Assembly: GCF_009914755.1 (NCBI RefSeq)
Contig: NC_060948.1
DNA length: 64,000 bases
Source of the DNA: the human T2T-CHM13v2.0 reference genome, Homo sapiens
Strand: one strand, 5' to 3'
Shown: in pieces, positions 42,924 to 57,138 of the stretch
Layout of the letters: every line of letters begins with the position of its first letter
Numbering within the stretch: position 1 is the first letter of the stretch
Notes under the pieces: generated by a model
Database searches by the model: none
What the model was told of the DNA's origin: nothing
What the model saw: the letters and a program-made list of their open reading frames with translations, nothing else
Position numbers and translations under genes: made by a program

Positions 42924-45900
42924 GAATCGCCAGGAATTGATGTGAACGGAACGGAATGGAATGGAATCCAAAGGAATGGAATAGAATGGAATGGAATCGA
43001 ATGGAAAGGACTCGAATGGAAATCACTCGAATAGAATGCAATTTAATAAAATAGGATCAAATGTAATGGAATGGAATGGAAAGGAATCGAAACGAAAGGA
43101 ATGGAGACAGATGGAATGGAATGGAACAGAGAGCAATGGTATAGAATGGAATGGAATCATCTGGAATGGAATTGAATGGAATGGAATAATATGAAATGGA
43201 ATGGAATGGAATGGAATGGAATGCCCTTGAATTAAATGGACTGGAATGGAATGGACTCAAACAGAGTGGAATGGAAAGTGTGGAGATAGAATGGAATGAA
43301 CTCCTTTGGAATGGTGTAGTATGCAATGCAATCGACTGGCAGGGAATCAAAAGGAATGTAATCGAATGGATTGGACTGGAATGCAATGGACTCGAATAGA
43401 TTGGAAACGGAATGCAAAGGAATGGAATGGAATAGTATGGAATGCAATGGAAGGGAATGGAGTGGAATAGACTAGAGTGGAATGGAATGGACTGGAAAGC
43501 AATGGACTGAAATGGAACTTTCCTGAATGGACTGGAATCAAACGGAATGGAATGCAATGCAATCAAATGGCATGGAATAAAATAGAATGAAAGAGAATCA
43601 AATGGAATTGAATCGAATGGAATCGAATGGATTGGAAAGGAATAGAATGGAATGGAATGGAATTGACTCAAATGGAATGGACTAGAATGGAATGGATTCG
43701 AATGGAAGGCAAAGGAATGGAATCTATTGGAATGGACTGTAATGGAATGGAATGGAAGGGATTGGAATGGACTCGAATGGAATGGACTGCAATAGAAAGG
43801 ATTCGAATGGAATGAAAAAGAATTGAATGGAATAGAACAGAATGGAATCAAATCGAATGAAATGGAATGGAATAGAAAGGAATGGAATGAAATGGAATGG
43901 AAAGGATTCGAATGGAATGCAATCGAATGGAATGGAATCGAACGGAATGGAATAAAATGGAAGAAAACTGGCAAGAAATGGAATCGAAATGAATGGAGTG
44001 TTATGGAACGGACTCAAAAGGAATTGAATGTAATAGAATGGAGTGGAGTGGACTCGAATATAATGGACTGGAATGGAATGAAATCACATGGAATGGGAAC
44101 GAATGGAATGGAATGGAAAGGAATGGAATCGAATGGAAAGGAATCGAATGGAAGGGAATGAAATTGAATCAACAGGAATGGAAGGGAATAGAATAGACGG
44201 TAATGGAATGGACTCGAATAGAATGGACACGAATGCTCAAATTAAATGGACTCGAATGGAATGGAAACGAAAGGAATGTCATCGAATGGAATTGAATCGA
44301 TTGGAATGAAATCGCATAGAATGGAGTGGAATCAAATGGAATTGAATCGAAAGGAAAGGAAGCGAATGGACTGAAATGAAATGGAATGGAATTGAATGGA
44401 AAGTAATGCAATGGAATAGAATGGAACGAAATTTCACGGAATGGAATCAAACTGAATGGAATCAAATCAATGGAATCAAATCAAATGGAATGGAAAGGAA
44501 TTGAATGGAGTAGATGGGATTGGATGGGATTGGAATGAAATGTACTGGAAAGGACTCGAATTTCATGAAACGGAATGGAATGAATTGGAACGGAATGGAC
44601 TCGAATGGAATGGAATGTCATGGGATGGCATCAAACGGAATGGCATCAAATGGAATGGAATCGAATGCAATGGAATGCTATGGAATGGAATGGAATGCAT
44701 TGGAATGGAATGTCCTCTAATGGAATGGATTCGAGTGGAATGGAATTGAATATAATGGAGTCGAATGAAATGGAATTGAAAGGAATGGGATCGAATACAA
44801 TGGAATATACTGGAATGTAACGTAATGAACTCGAATGTAATTGACTGGAATGGAATGTACATGAATGGAATGTAATCGAATGGAAAGTAATCCAATGGAA
44901 TAGAATCTAATGCAATAAAATCGACTCAGATAGAGTAGAATGTAATGGAATGGAGTGCAGTGCAATGGAATGGAATGGAATGGAATGCAATGGAATGGAA
45001 TGGAATGGAATGGGATGGAATGGTATGGAATGGATAGTAATGGACTGGAGTGAAATGGACTGGAAAGGAATGGACTCAAATTGAAAGGGCACGAAAGGAA
45101 TGGAGTCAAATGGAATGGTCTGGAATGGAATGAACACGAATGTAATGCAACCCAATAGAATGGAATCGAATGGCATGGAATATAAAGAAATGGAATCGAA
45201 GAGAATGGAAACAAATGGAATGGAATTGAATGGAATGGGAACGAATGGAGTGAAATTGTATGCAGTAGAAGTGAATAGAATGGAATGCAAGCGAAAGGAA
45301 AGGAATGGATTGGAATGGAATGGAATTCATTGGAATGGAAGGGAATGTAGTGTAATGGACAGGCCTGGAATAAAGTGGAATGCTACGGTCTCGAATGGAA
45401 TAAAAATGTATGGAATGGAATGCAATGAAACGGAATCGAATGTCATAGAATGTAATGGAATGCAAAAAAATGGAATCCAAAATCATTGACTGGAAAGGCT
45501 GGGTGTCGAAAGGAATTGACTCCAATGGAATGGAATCGAATGGAATGGAAGTGAATAGAATCGAACTAAATCGAATGGAATGGAATTGATAGGAACGGAA
45601 TGGAAAGGAATGCAATGATTTGGCATGGAATGGAATCGAATGGCATCGAATGGAATGGAATGGAATGCAATGGAATGGAATGTATTAGAATGTAATGAAC
45701 TTTAATGGAATGTACTCGAATGGATTCGACTGGAATGGAATGTTCTGGAAGTGAATGGACTCCAATGGAATGGATTCAAAAGGAATGGAATCGTACGGAA
45801 TGGAATCTAATGGAATGGAATTAAATGGAAATGAATCAAATTGAATAGCACGGAATTGAATTGAATGGAATGGAATGCAATGGAATCTAATGAAACGGAA

Positions 45901-46467
45901 AGGAAAGGAATGGAATGGAATGGAATGGGCTGGAATGGAAAGGAATCGAAACGAATGGAATGGAATCGAACTGAAGAGACTGGAATGGAATGCACTGGAA
46001 TGGAAGGGAGTGTAATGGAAGGTTGTCGAAAAAAATGGAATCGAATGGAATGGAATTGAATGGAACGGAATAGAGTCGAATGGAATTGAATGGAATGGAA
46101 TGGACTAGAGTGAAATGGAATCGAACCACAAGGAATGGACAGGAATAGAATGGTCTCGAATTGAATGGAATCGTATGGAATGGCATCAAACGGAATGGAA
46201 TGGACAGCCACGGAATGGAATGCACTCGAATGCAATGGAGTCGAAACTAACGGACTGGAATAGAATGGACTCGACTGGTACGGACTCCAATGGAATGGAA
46301 TCGAATGGAAGGGAATCGAACGGAAGGGAATCGAACGGAATGGACTCGAAGGGAAAAGACTGCAATGGAAAGGTCTCGAATGGAATGGAAATTAATGGAA
46401 TGGAATGGAATCGAATGAAATGGAGTCAAAAGGAATGGAATCGAATGGCAAGAAATCTAATGTAATG
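42924..46467 (+). repeat. DYZ1 unit 13 (3544 bp; E front, short S back)
   Basis: ctttcctgaat in the front; caaacggaat, -20 and -15 differences, gggcacgaa and gaaactaacgg in the back. Confidence 0.9.
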
Positions 46468-49400
46468 GAATCGCCAGGAATTGATGTGAACGGAACGGAA
46501 TGGAATGGAATCCAAAGGAATGGAATAGAATGGAATGGAATCGAATGGAAAGGACTCCAATGGAAATCACTCGAATAGAATGCAATTTAATAAAATAGGA
46601 TCAAATGTAATGGAATGGAATGGAAAGGAATCGAAACGAAAGGAATGGAGACAGATGGAATGGAATGGAACAGAGAGCAATGGTATAGAATGGAATGGAA
46701 TCATCTGGAATGGAATTGAATGGAATGGAATAATATGAAATGGAATGGAATGGAATGGAATGGAATGCCCTTGAATTAAATGGACTGGAATGGAATGGAC
46801 TCAAACAGAGTGGAATGGAAAGTGTGGAGATAGAATGGAATGAACTCCTTTGGAATGGTGTAGTATGCAATGCAATCGACTGGCAGGGAATCAAAAGGAA
46901 TGTAATCGAATGGATTGGACTGGAATGCAATGGACTCGAATAGATTGGAAACGGAATGCAAAGGAATGGAATGGAATAGTATGGAATGCAATGGAAGGGA
47001 ATGGAGTGGAATAGACTAGAGTGGAATGGAATGGACTGGAAAGCAATGGACTGGAATGGAACTTTCTTGGATGGACTGGAACCAAACGGAATGGAATGCA
47101 ATGCAATCAAATGGCATGGAATAAAATAGAATGAAAGAGAATCAAATGGAATTGAATCGAATGGAATCGAATGGATTGGAAAGGAATAGAATGGAATGGA
47201 ATGGAATTGACTCAAATGGAATGGACTAGAATGGAATGGATTCGAATGGAAGGCAAAGGAATGGAATCTATTGGAATGGACTGTAATGGAATGGAATGGA
47301 AGGGATTGGAATGGACTCGAATGGAATGGACTGCAATAGAAAGGATTCGAATGGAATGAAAAAGAATTGAATGGAATAGAACAGAATGGAATCAAATCGA
47401 ATGAAATGGAATGGAATAGAAAGGAATGGAATGAAATGGAATGGAAAGGATTCGAATGGAATGCAATCGAATGGAATGGAATCGAACGGAATGGAATAAA
47501 ATGGAAGAAAACTGGCAAGAAATGGAATCGAAATGAATGGAGTGTTATGGAACGGACTCAAAAGGAATTGAATGTAATAGAATGGAGTGGAGTGGACTCG
47601 AATATAATGGACTGGAATGGAATGAAATCACATGGAATGGGAACGAATGGAATGGAATGGAAAGGAATGGAATCGAATGGAAAGGAATCGAATGGAAGGG
47701 AATGAAATTGAATCAACAGGAATGGAAGGGAATAGAATAGACTGTAATGGAATGGACTCGAATAGAATGGACACGAATGCTCAAATTAAATGGACTCGAA
47801 TGGAATGGAAACGAAAGGAATGTCATCGAATGGAATTGAATCGATTGGAATGACATCGCATAGAATGGAGTGGAATCAAATGGAATTGAATCGAAAGGAA
47901 AGGAAGCGAATGGACTGAAATGAAATGGAATGGAATTGAATGGAAAGTAATGCAATGGAATAGAATGGAACGAAATTTCACGGAATGGAATCAAACTGAA
48001 TGGAATCAAATCAATGGAATCAAATCAAATGGAATGGAAAGGAATTGAATGGAGTAGATGGGATTGGATGGGATTGGAATGAAATGTACTGGAAAGGACT
48101 CGAATTTCATGAAACGGGATGGAATGAATTGGAACGGAATGGACTCGAATGGAATGGAATGTCATGGGATGGCATCAAATGTAATGGCATCAAATGGAAT
48201 GGAATCGAATGCAGTGGAATGCTATGGAATGGAATGGAATGCATTGGAATGGAATGTCCTCTAATGGAATGGATTCGAGTGGAATGGAATTGAATATAAT
48301 GGAGTCGAATGAAATGGAATTGAAAGGAATGGGATCGAATACAATGGAATATACTGGAATGTAACGTAATGAACTCGAATGTAATTGACTGGAATGGAAT
48401 GTACATGAATGGAATGTAATCGAATGGAAAGTAATCCAATGGAATAGAATCTAATGCAATAAAATCGACTCAGATAGAGTAGAATGTAATGGAATGGAGT
48501 GCAGTGCAATGGAATGGAATGGAATGGAATGCAATGGAATGGAATGGAATGGAATGGAATGGAATGGAATGGAATGGGATGGAATGGTATGGAATGGATA
48601 GTAATAGACTGGAGTGAAATGGACTGGAAAGGAATGGACTCAAATTGAAAGGGCTCGAAAGGAATGGAGTCAAATGGAATGGTCTGGAATGGAATGAACA
48701 CGAATGTAATGCAACCCAATAGAATGGAATCGAATGGCATGGAATATAAAGAAATGGAATCGAAGAGAATGGAAACAAATGGAATGGAATTGAATGGAAT
48801 GGAATTGAATGGAATGGGAACGAATGGAGTGAAATTGTATGCAGTAGAAGAGAATAGAATGGAATGCAAGCGAAAGGAAAGGAATGGATTGGAATGGAAT
48901 GGAATTCATTGGAATGGAAGGGAATGTAGTGTAATGGACAGGCCTGGAATAAAGTGGAATGCTACGGTCTCGAATGGAATAAAAATGTATGGAATGGAAT
49001 GCAATGAAACGGAATCGAATGTCATAGAATGTACTGGAATGCAAAAAAATGGAATCCAAAATCATTGACTGGAAAGGCTGGGTGTCGAAAGGAATTGACT
49101 CCAATGGAATGGAATCGAATGGAATGGAAGTGAATAGAATCGAACTAAATCGAATGGAATGGAATTGATAGGAACGGAATGGAAAGGAATGCAATGATTT
49201 GGCATGGAATGGAATCGAATGGCATCGAATGGAATGGAATGGAATGCAATGGAATGGAATGTATTAGAATGGAATGAACTTTAATGGAATGTACTCGAAT
49301 GGATTCGACTGGAATGGAATGTTCTGGAAGTGAATGGACTCCAATGGAATGGATTCAAAAGGAATGGAATCGTACGGAATGGAATCTAATGGAATGGAAT

Positions 49401-50046
49401 TAAATGGAAATGAATCAAATTGAATAGCACGGAATTGAATTGAATGGAATGGAATGCAATGGAATCTAATGAAACGGAAAGGAAAGGAATGGAATGGAAT
49501 GGAATGGGCTGGAATGGAAAGGAATCGAAACGAATGGAATGGAATCGAACTGAAGAGACTGGAATGGAATGCACTGGAATGGAAGGGAGTGTAATGGAAG
49601 GTTCTCGAAAAAAATGGAATCGAATGGAATGGAATTGAATGGAACGGAATAGAGTCGAATGGAATTGAATGGAATGGAATGGACTAGAGTGAAATGGAAT
49701 CGAACCACAAGGAATGGACAGGAATAGAATGGTCTCGAATTGAATGGAATCGTATGGAATGGCATCAAACGGAATGGAATGGACAGCCACGGAATGGAAT
49801 GCACTCGAATGCAATGGAGTCGAAACAAATGGACTGGAATAGAATGGACTCGACTGGTACGGACTCCAATGGAATGGAATCGAATGGAAGGGAATCGAAC
49901 GGAAGGGAATCGAACGGAATGGACTCGAAGGGAAAAGACTGCAATGGAAAGGTCTCGACTGGAATGGAAATTAACGGAATGGAATGGAATCGAATGAAAT
50001 GGAGTCAAAAGGAATGGAATCGAATGGCAAGAAATCGAATGTAATG
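46468..50046 (+). repeat. DYZ1 unit 14 (3579 bp; A front, C middle, like unit 1)
   Basis: ggaaccaaac then gacatc, gtaatggcat, gcagtggaat, gtaatagact; several private SNVs. Confidence 0.9.
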
Positions 50047-53000
50047 GAATCGCCAGGAATTGATGTGAACGGAACGGAATGGAATGGAATCCAAAGGAAT
50101 GGAATAGAATGGAATGGAATCGAATGGAAAGGACTCGAATGGAAATCACTCGAATAGAATGCAATTTAATAAAATAGGATCAAATGTAATGGAATGGAAT
50201 GGAAAGGAATCGAAACGAAAGGAATGGAGACAGATGGAATGGAATGGAACAGAGAGCAATGGTATAGAATGGAATGGAATCATCTGGAATGGAATTGAAT
50301 GGAATGGAATAATATGAAATGGAATGGAATGGAATGGAATGGAATGCCCTTGAATTAAATGGACTGGAATGGAATGGACTCAAACAGAGTGGAATGGAAA
50401 GTGTGGAGATAGAATGGAATGAACTCCTTTGGAATGGTGTAGTATGCAATGCAATCGACTGGCAGGGAATCAAAAGGAATGTAATCGAATGGATTGGACT
50501 GGAATGCAATGGACTCGAATAGATTGGAAACGGAATGCAAAGGAATGGAATGGAATAGTATGGAATGCAATGGAAGGGAATGGAGTGGAACAGACTAGAG
50601 TGGAATGGAATGGACTGGAAAGCAATGGACTGGAATGGAACTTTCTTGGATGGACTGGAACCAAACGGAATGGAATGCAATGCAATCAAATGGCATGGAG
50701 TAAAATAGAATGAAAGAGAATCAAATGGAATTGAATCGAATGGAATCGAATGGATTGGAAAGGAATAGAATGGAATGGAATGGAATTGACTCAAATGGAA
50801 TGGACTAGAATGGAATGGATTCGAATGGAAGGCAAAGGAATGGAATCTATTGGAATGGACTGTAATGGAATGGAATGGAAGGGATTGGAATGGACTCGAA
50901 TGGAATGGACTGCAATAGAAAGGATTCGAATGGAATGAAAAAGAATTGAATGGAATAGAACAGAATGGAATCAAATCGAATGAAATGGAATGGAATAGAA
51001 AGGAATGGAATGAAATGGAATGGAAAGGATTCGAATGGAATGCAATCGAATGGAATGGAATCGAACGGAATGGAATAAAATGGAAGAAAACTGGCAAGAA
51101 ATGGAATCGAAATGAATGGAGTGTTATGGAACGGACTCAAAAGGAATTGAATGTAATAGAATGGAGTGGAGTGGACTCGAATATAATGGACTGGAATGGA
51201 ATGAAATCACATGGAATGGGAACGAATGGAATGGAATGGAAAGGAATGGAATCGAATGGAAAGGAATCGAATGGAAGGGAATGAAATTGAATCAACAGGA
51301 ATGGAAGGGAATAGAATAGACGGTAATGGAATGGACTCGAATAGAATGGACACGAATGCTCAAATTAAATGGACTCGAATGGAATGGAAACGAAAGGAAT
51401 GTCATCGAATGGAATTGAATCGATTGGAATGAAATCGCATAGAATGGAGTGGAATCAAATGGAATTGAATCGAAAGGAAAGGAAGCGAATGGACTGAAAT
51501 GAAATGGAATGGAATTGAATGGAAAGTAATGCAATGGAATAGAATGGAACGAAATTTCACGGAATGGAATCAAACTGAATGGAATCAAATCAATGGAATC
51601 AAATCAAATGGAATGGAAAGGAATTGAATGGAGTAGATGGGATTGGATGGGATTGGAATGAAATGTACTGGAAAGGACTCGAATTTCATGAAACGGAATG
51701 GAATGAATTGGAAAGGAATGGACTCGAATGGAATGGAATGTCATGGGATGGCATCAAACGGAATGGCATCAAATGGAATGGAATCGAATGCAATGGAATG
51801 CTATGGAATGGAATGGAATGCATTGGAATGGAATGTCCTCTAATGGAATGGATTCGAGTGGAATGGAATTGAATATAATGGAGTCGAATGAAATGGAATT
51901 GAAAGGAATGGGATCGAATACAATGGAATATACTGGAATGTAACGTAATGAACTCGAATGTAATTGACTGGAATGGAATGTACATGAATGGAATGTAATC
52001 GAATGGAAAGTAATCCAATGGAATAGAATCTAATGCAATAAAATCGACTCAGATAGAGTAGAATGTAATGGAATGGAGTGCAGTGCAATGGAATGGAATG
52101 GAATGGAATGCAATGGAATGGAATGGAATGGAATGGGATGGAATGGTATGGAATGGATAGTAATGGACTGGAGTGAAATGGACTGGAAAGGAATGGACTC
52201 AAATTGAAAGGGCACGAAAGGAATGGAGTCAAATGGAATGGTCTGGAATGGAATGAACACGAATGTAATGCAACCCAATAGAATGGAATCGAATGGCATG
52301 GAATATAAAGAAATGGAATCGAAGAGAATGGAAACAAATGGAATGGAATTGAATGGAATGGGAACGAATGGAGTGAAATTGTATGCAGTAGAAGTGAATA
52401 GAATGGAATGCAAGCGAAAGGAAAGGAATGGATTGGAATGGAATGGAATTCATTGGAATGGAAGGGAATGTAGTGTAATGGACAGGCCTGGAATAAAGTG
52501 GAATGCTACGGTCTCGAATGGAATAAAAATGTATGGAATGGAATGCAATGAAACGGAATCGAATGTCATAGAATGTAATGGAATGCAAAAAAATGGAATC
52601 CAAAATCATTGACTGGAAAGGCTGGGTGTCGAAAGGAATTGACTCCAATGGAATGGAATCGAATGGAATGGAAGTGAATAGAATCGAACTAAATCGAATG
52701 GAATGGAATTGATAGGAACGGAATGGAAAGGAATGCAATGATTTGGCATGGAATGGAATCGAATGGCATCGAATGGAATGGAATGGAATGCAATGGAATG
52801 GAATGTATTAGAATGGAATGAACTTTAATGGAATGTACTCGAATGGATTCGACTGGAATGGAATGTTCTGGAAGTGAATGGACTCCAATGGAATGGATTC
52901 AAAAGGAATGGAATCGTACGGAATGGAATCTAATGGAATGGAATTAAATGGAAATGAATCAAATTGAATAGCACGGAATTGAATTGAATGGAATGGAATG

Positions 53001-53590
53001 CAATGGAATCTAATGAAACGGAAAGGAAAGGAATGGAATGGAATGGAATGGGCTGGAATGGAAAGGAATCGAAACGAATGGAATGGAATCGAACTGAAGA
53101 GACTGGAATGGAATGCACTGGAATGGAAGGGAGTGTAATGGAAGGTTCTCGAAAAAAATGGAATCGAATGGAATGGAATTGAATGGAACGGAATAGAGTC
53201 GAATGGAATTGAATGGAATGGAATGGACTAGAGTGAAATGGAATCGAACCACAAGGAATGGACAGGAATAGAATGGTCTCGAATTGAATGGAATCGTATG
53301 GAATGGCATCAAACGGAATGGAATGGACAGCCACGGAATGGAATGCACTCGAATGCAATGAAGTCGAAACTAACGGACTGGAATAGAATGGACTCGACTG
53401 GTACGGACTCCAATGGAATGGAATCGAATGGAAGGGAATCGAACGGAAGGGAATCGAACGGAATGGACTCGAAGGGAAAAGACTGCAATGGAAAGGTCTC
53501 GAATGGAATGGAAATTAATGGAATGGAATGGAATCGAATGAAATGGAGTCAAAAGGAATAGAATCGAATGGCAAGAAATCGAATGTAATG
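50047..53590 (+). repeat. DYZ1 unit 15 (3544 bp; A front, short S back)
   Basis: ggaaccaaac; -20 and -15 differences; gaagtcgaaactaacgg; aaaaggaatagaat. Confidence 0.9.
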
Positions 53591-56500
53591 GAATCGCAAG
53601 GAATTGATGTGAACGGAACGGAATGGAATGGAATCCAAAGGAATGGAATAGAATGGAATGGAATCGAATGGAAAGGACTCGAATGGAAATCACTCGAATA
53701 GAATGCAATTTAATAAAATAGGATCAAATGTAATGGAATGGAATGGAAAGGAATCGAAACGAAAGGAATGGAGACAGATGGAATGGAATGGAACAGAGAG
53801 CAATGGTATAGAATGGAATGGAATCATCTGGAATGGAATTGAATGGAATGGAATAATATGAAATGGAATGGAATGGAATGGAATGGAATGGAATGCCCTT
53901 GAATTAAATGGACTGGAATGGAATGGACTCAAACAGAGTGGAATGGAAAGTGTGGAGGTAGAATGGAATGAACTCCTTTGGAATGGACTAGTAGGCAATG
54001 CAATCGACTGGCAGGGAATCAAAAGGAATGTAATCGAATGGATTGGACTGGAATGCAATGGACTCGAATAGATTGGAAACGGAATGCAAAGAATGGAATG
54101 GAATAGTATGGAATGGAATGGAAAGGAATGGAGTGGAATAGACTAGAGTGGAATGGAATGGACTGGAAAGCAATGGACTGGAATGGAACTTTCTTGAATG
54201 GACTGGAATCAAACGGAATGGAATGCAATGCAATCAAATGGCATGGAATAAAATAGAATGAAAGAGAATCAAATGGAATTGAATCGAATGGAATCGAATG
54301 GATTGGAAAGGAATAGAATGGAATGGAATGGAATTGACTCAAATGGAATGGACTAGAATGGAATGGATTCGAATGGAAGGCAAAGGAATGGAATCTATTG
54401 GAATGGACTGTAATGGAATGGAATGGAAGGGATTGGAATGGACTCGAATGGAATGGACTGCAATAGAAAGGATTCGAATGGAATGAAAAAGAATTGAATG
54501 GAATAGAACAGAATGGAATCAAATCGAATGAAATGGAATGGAATAGAAAGGAATGGAATGAAATGGAATGGAAAGGATTCGAATGGAATGCAATCGAATG
54601 GAATGGAATCGAACGGAATGGAATAAAATGGAAGAAAACTGGCAAGAAATGGAATCGAAATGAATGGAGTGTTATGGAACGGACTCAAAAGGAATTGAAT
54701 GTAATAGAATGGAGTGGAGTGGACTCGAATATAATGGACTGGAATGGAATGAAATCACATGGAATGGGAACGAATGGAATGGAATGGAAAGGAATGGAAT
54801 CGAATGGAAAGGAATCGAATGGAAGGGAATGAAATTCAATCAACAGGAATGGAAGGGAATAGAATAGACGGTAATGGAATGGACTCGAATAGAATGGACA
54901 CGAATGCTCAAATTAAATGGACTCGAATGGAATGGAAACGAAAGGAATGTCATCGAATGGAATTGAATCGATTGGAATGAAATCGCATAGAATGGAGTGG
55001 AATCAAATGGAATTGAATCGAAAGGAAAGGAAGCGAATGGACTGAAATGAAATGGAATGGAATTGAATGGAAAGTAATGCAATGGAATAGAATGGAACGA
55101 AATTTCACGGAATGGAATCAAACTGAATGGAATCAAATCAATGGAATCAAATCAAATGGAATGGAAAGCAATTGAATGGAGTAGATGGGATTGGATGGGA
55201 TTGGAATGAAATGTACTGGAAAGGACTCGAATTTGATGAAACGGAATGGAATGAATTGGAACGGAATGGACTCGAATGGAATGGAATGTCATGGGATGGC
55301 ATCAAATGGAATGGCATCAAATGGAATGGAATCGAATGCAATGGAATGCTATGGAATGGAATGGAATGCATTGGAATGGAATGTCCTCTAATGGAATGGA
55401 TTCGAGTGGAATGGAATTGAATATAATGGAGTCGAATGAAATGGAATTGAAAGGAATGGGATCGAATACAATGGAATATACTGGAATGTAACGTAATGAA
55501 CTCGAATGTAATTGACTGGAATGGAATGTACATGAATGGAATGTAATCGAATGGAAAGTAATCCAATGGAATAGAATCTAATGCAATAAAATCGACTCAG
55601 ATAGAGTAGAATGTAATGGAATGGAGTGCAGTGCAATGGAATGGAATGGAATTTAATGCAATGGAATGGAATGGAATGGAATGGGATGGAATGGTATGGA
55701 ATGGATAGTAATGGACTGGAGTGAAATGGACTGGAAAGGAATGGACTCAAATTGAAAGGGCACGAAAGGAATGGAGTCAAATGGAATGGTCTGGAATGGA
55801 ATTTACACGAATGTAATGCAACCCAATAGAATGGAATCGAATGGCATGGAATATAAAGAAATGGAATCGAAGAGAATGGAAACAAATGGAATGGAATTGA
55901 ATGGAATGGGAACGAATGGAGTGAAATTGTATGCAGTAGAAGTGAATAGAATGGAATGCAAGCGAAAGGAAAGGAATGGATTGGAATGGAATGGAATTCA
56001 TTGGAATGGAAGGGAATGTAGTGTAATGGACAGGCCTGGAATAAAGTGGAATGCTACGGTCTCGAATGGAATAAAAATGTATGGAATGGAATGCAATGAA
56101 ACGGAATCGAATGTCATAGAATGTAATGGAATGCAAAAAAATGGAATCCAAAATCATTGACTGGAAAGGCTGGGTGTCGAAAGGAATTGACTCCAATGGA
56201 ATGGAAGCGAATGGAATGGAAGTGAATAGAATCGAACTAAATCGAATGGAATGGAATTGATAGGAACGGAATGGAAAGGAATGCAATGATTTGGCATGGA
56301 ATGGAATCGAATGGCATCGAATGGAATGGAATGGAATGCAATGGAATGGAATGTATTAGAATGTAATGAACTTTAATGGAATGTACTCGAATGGATTCGA
56401 CTGGAATGGAATGTTCTGGAAGTGAATGGACTCCAATGGAATGGATTCAAAAGGAATGGAATCGTACGGAATGGAATCTAATGGAATGGAATTAAATGGA

Positions 56501-57138
56501 AATGAATCAAATTGAATAGCACGGAATTGAATTGAATGGAATGGAATGCAATGGAATCTAATGAAACGGAAAGGAAAGGAATGGAATGGAATGGAATGGG
56601 CTGGAATGGAAAGGAATCGAAACGAATGGAATGGAATCGAACTGAAGAGACTGGAATGGAATGCACTGGAATGGAAGGGAGTGTAATGGAAGGTTCTCGA
56701 AAAAAATGGAATCGAATGGAATGGAATTGAATGGAACGGAATAGAGTCGAATGGAATTGAATGGAATGGAATGGACTAGAGTGAAATGGAATCGAACCAC
56801 AAGGAATGGACAGGAATAGAATGGTCTCGAATTGAATGGAATCGTATGGAATGGCATCAAACGGAATGGAATGGACAGCCACGGAATGGAATGCACTCGA
56901 ATGCAATGAAGTCGAAACTAACGGACTGGAATAGAATGGACTCGACTGGTACGGACTCCAATGGAATGGAATCGAATGGAAGGGAATCGAACGGAAGGGA
57001 ATCGAACGGAATGGACTCGAAGGGAAAAGACTGCAATGGAAAGGTCTCGAATGGAATGGAAATTAATGAAATGGAATGGAATCGAATGAAATGGAGTCAA
57101 AAGGAATGGAATCGAATGGCAAGAAATCGAATGTAATG
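53591..57138 (+). repeat. DYZ1 unit 16 (3548 bp; subtype X with short back; mutation cluster)
   Basis: Starts gaatcgcaagg; +5, -1, -20 and -15 relative to unit 1; X markers ggaggtagaat, ggactagtaggc. Confidence 0.9.
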
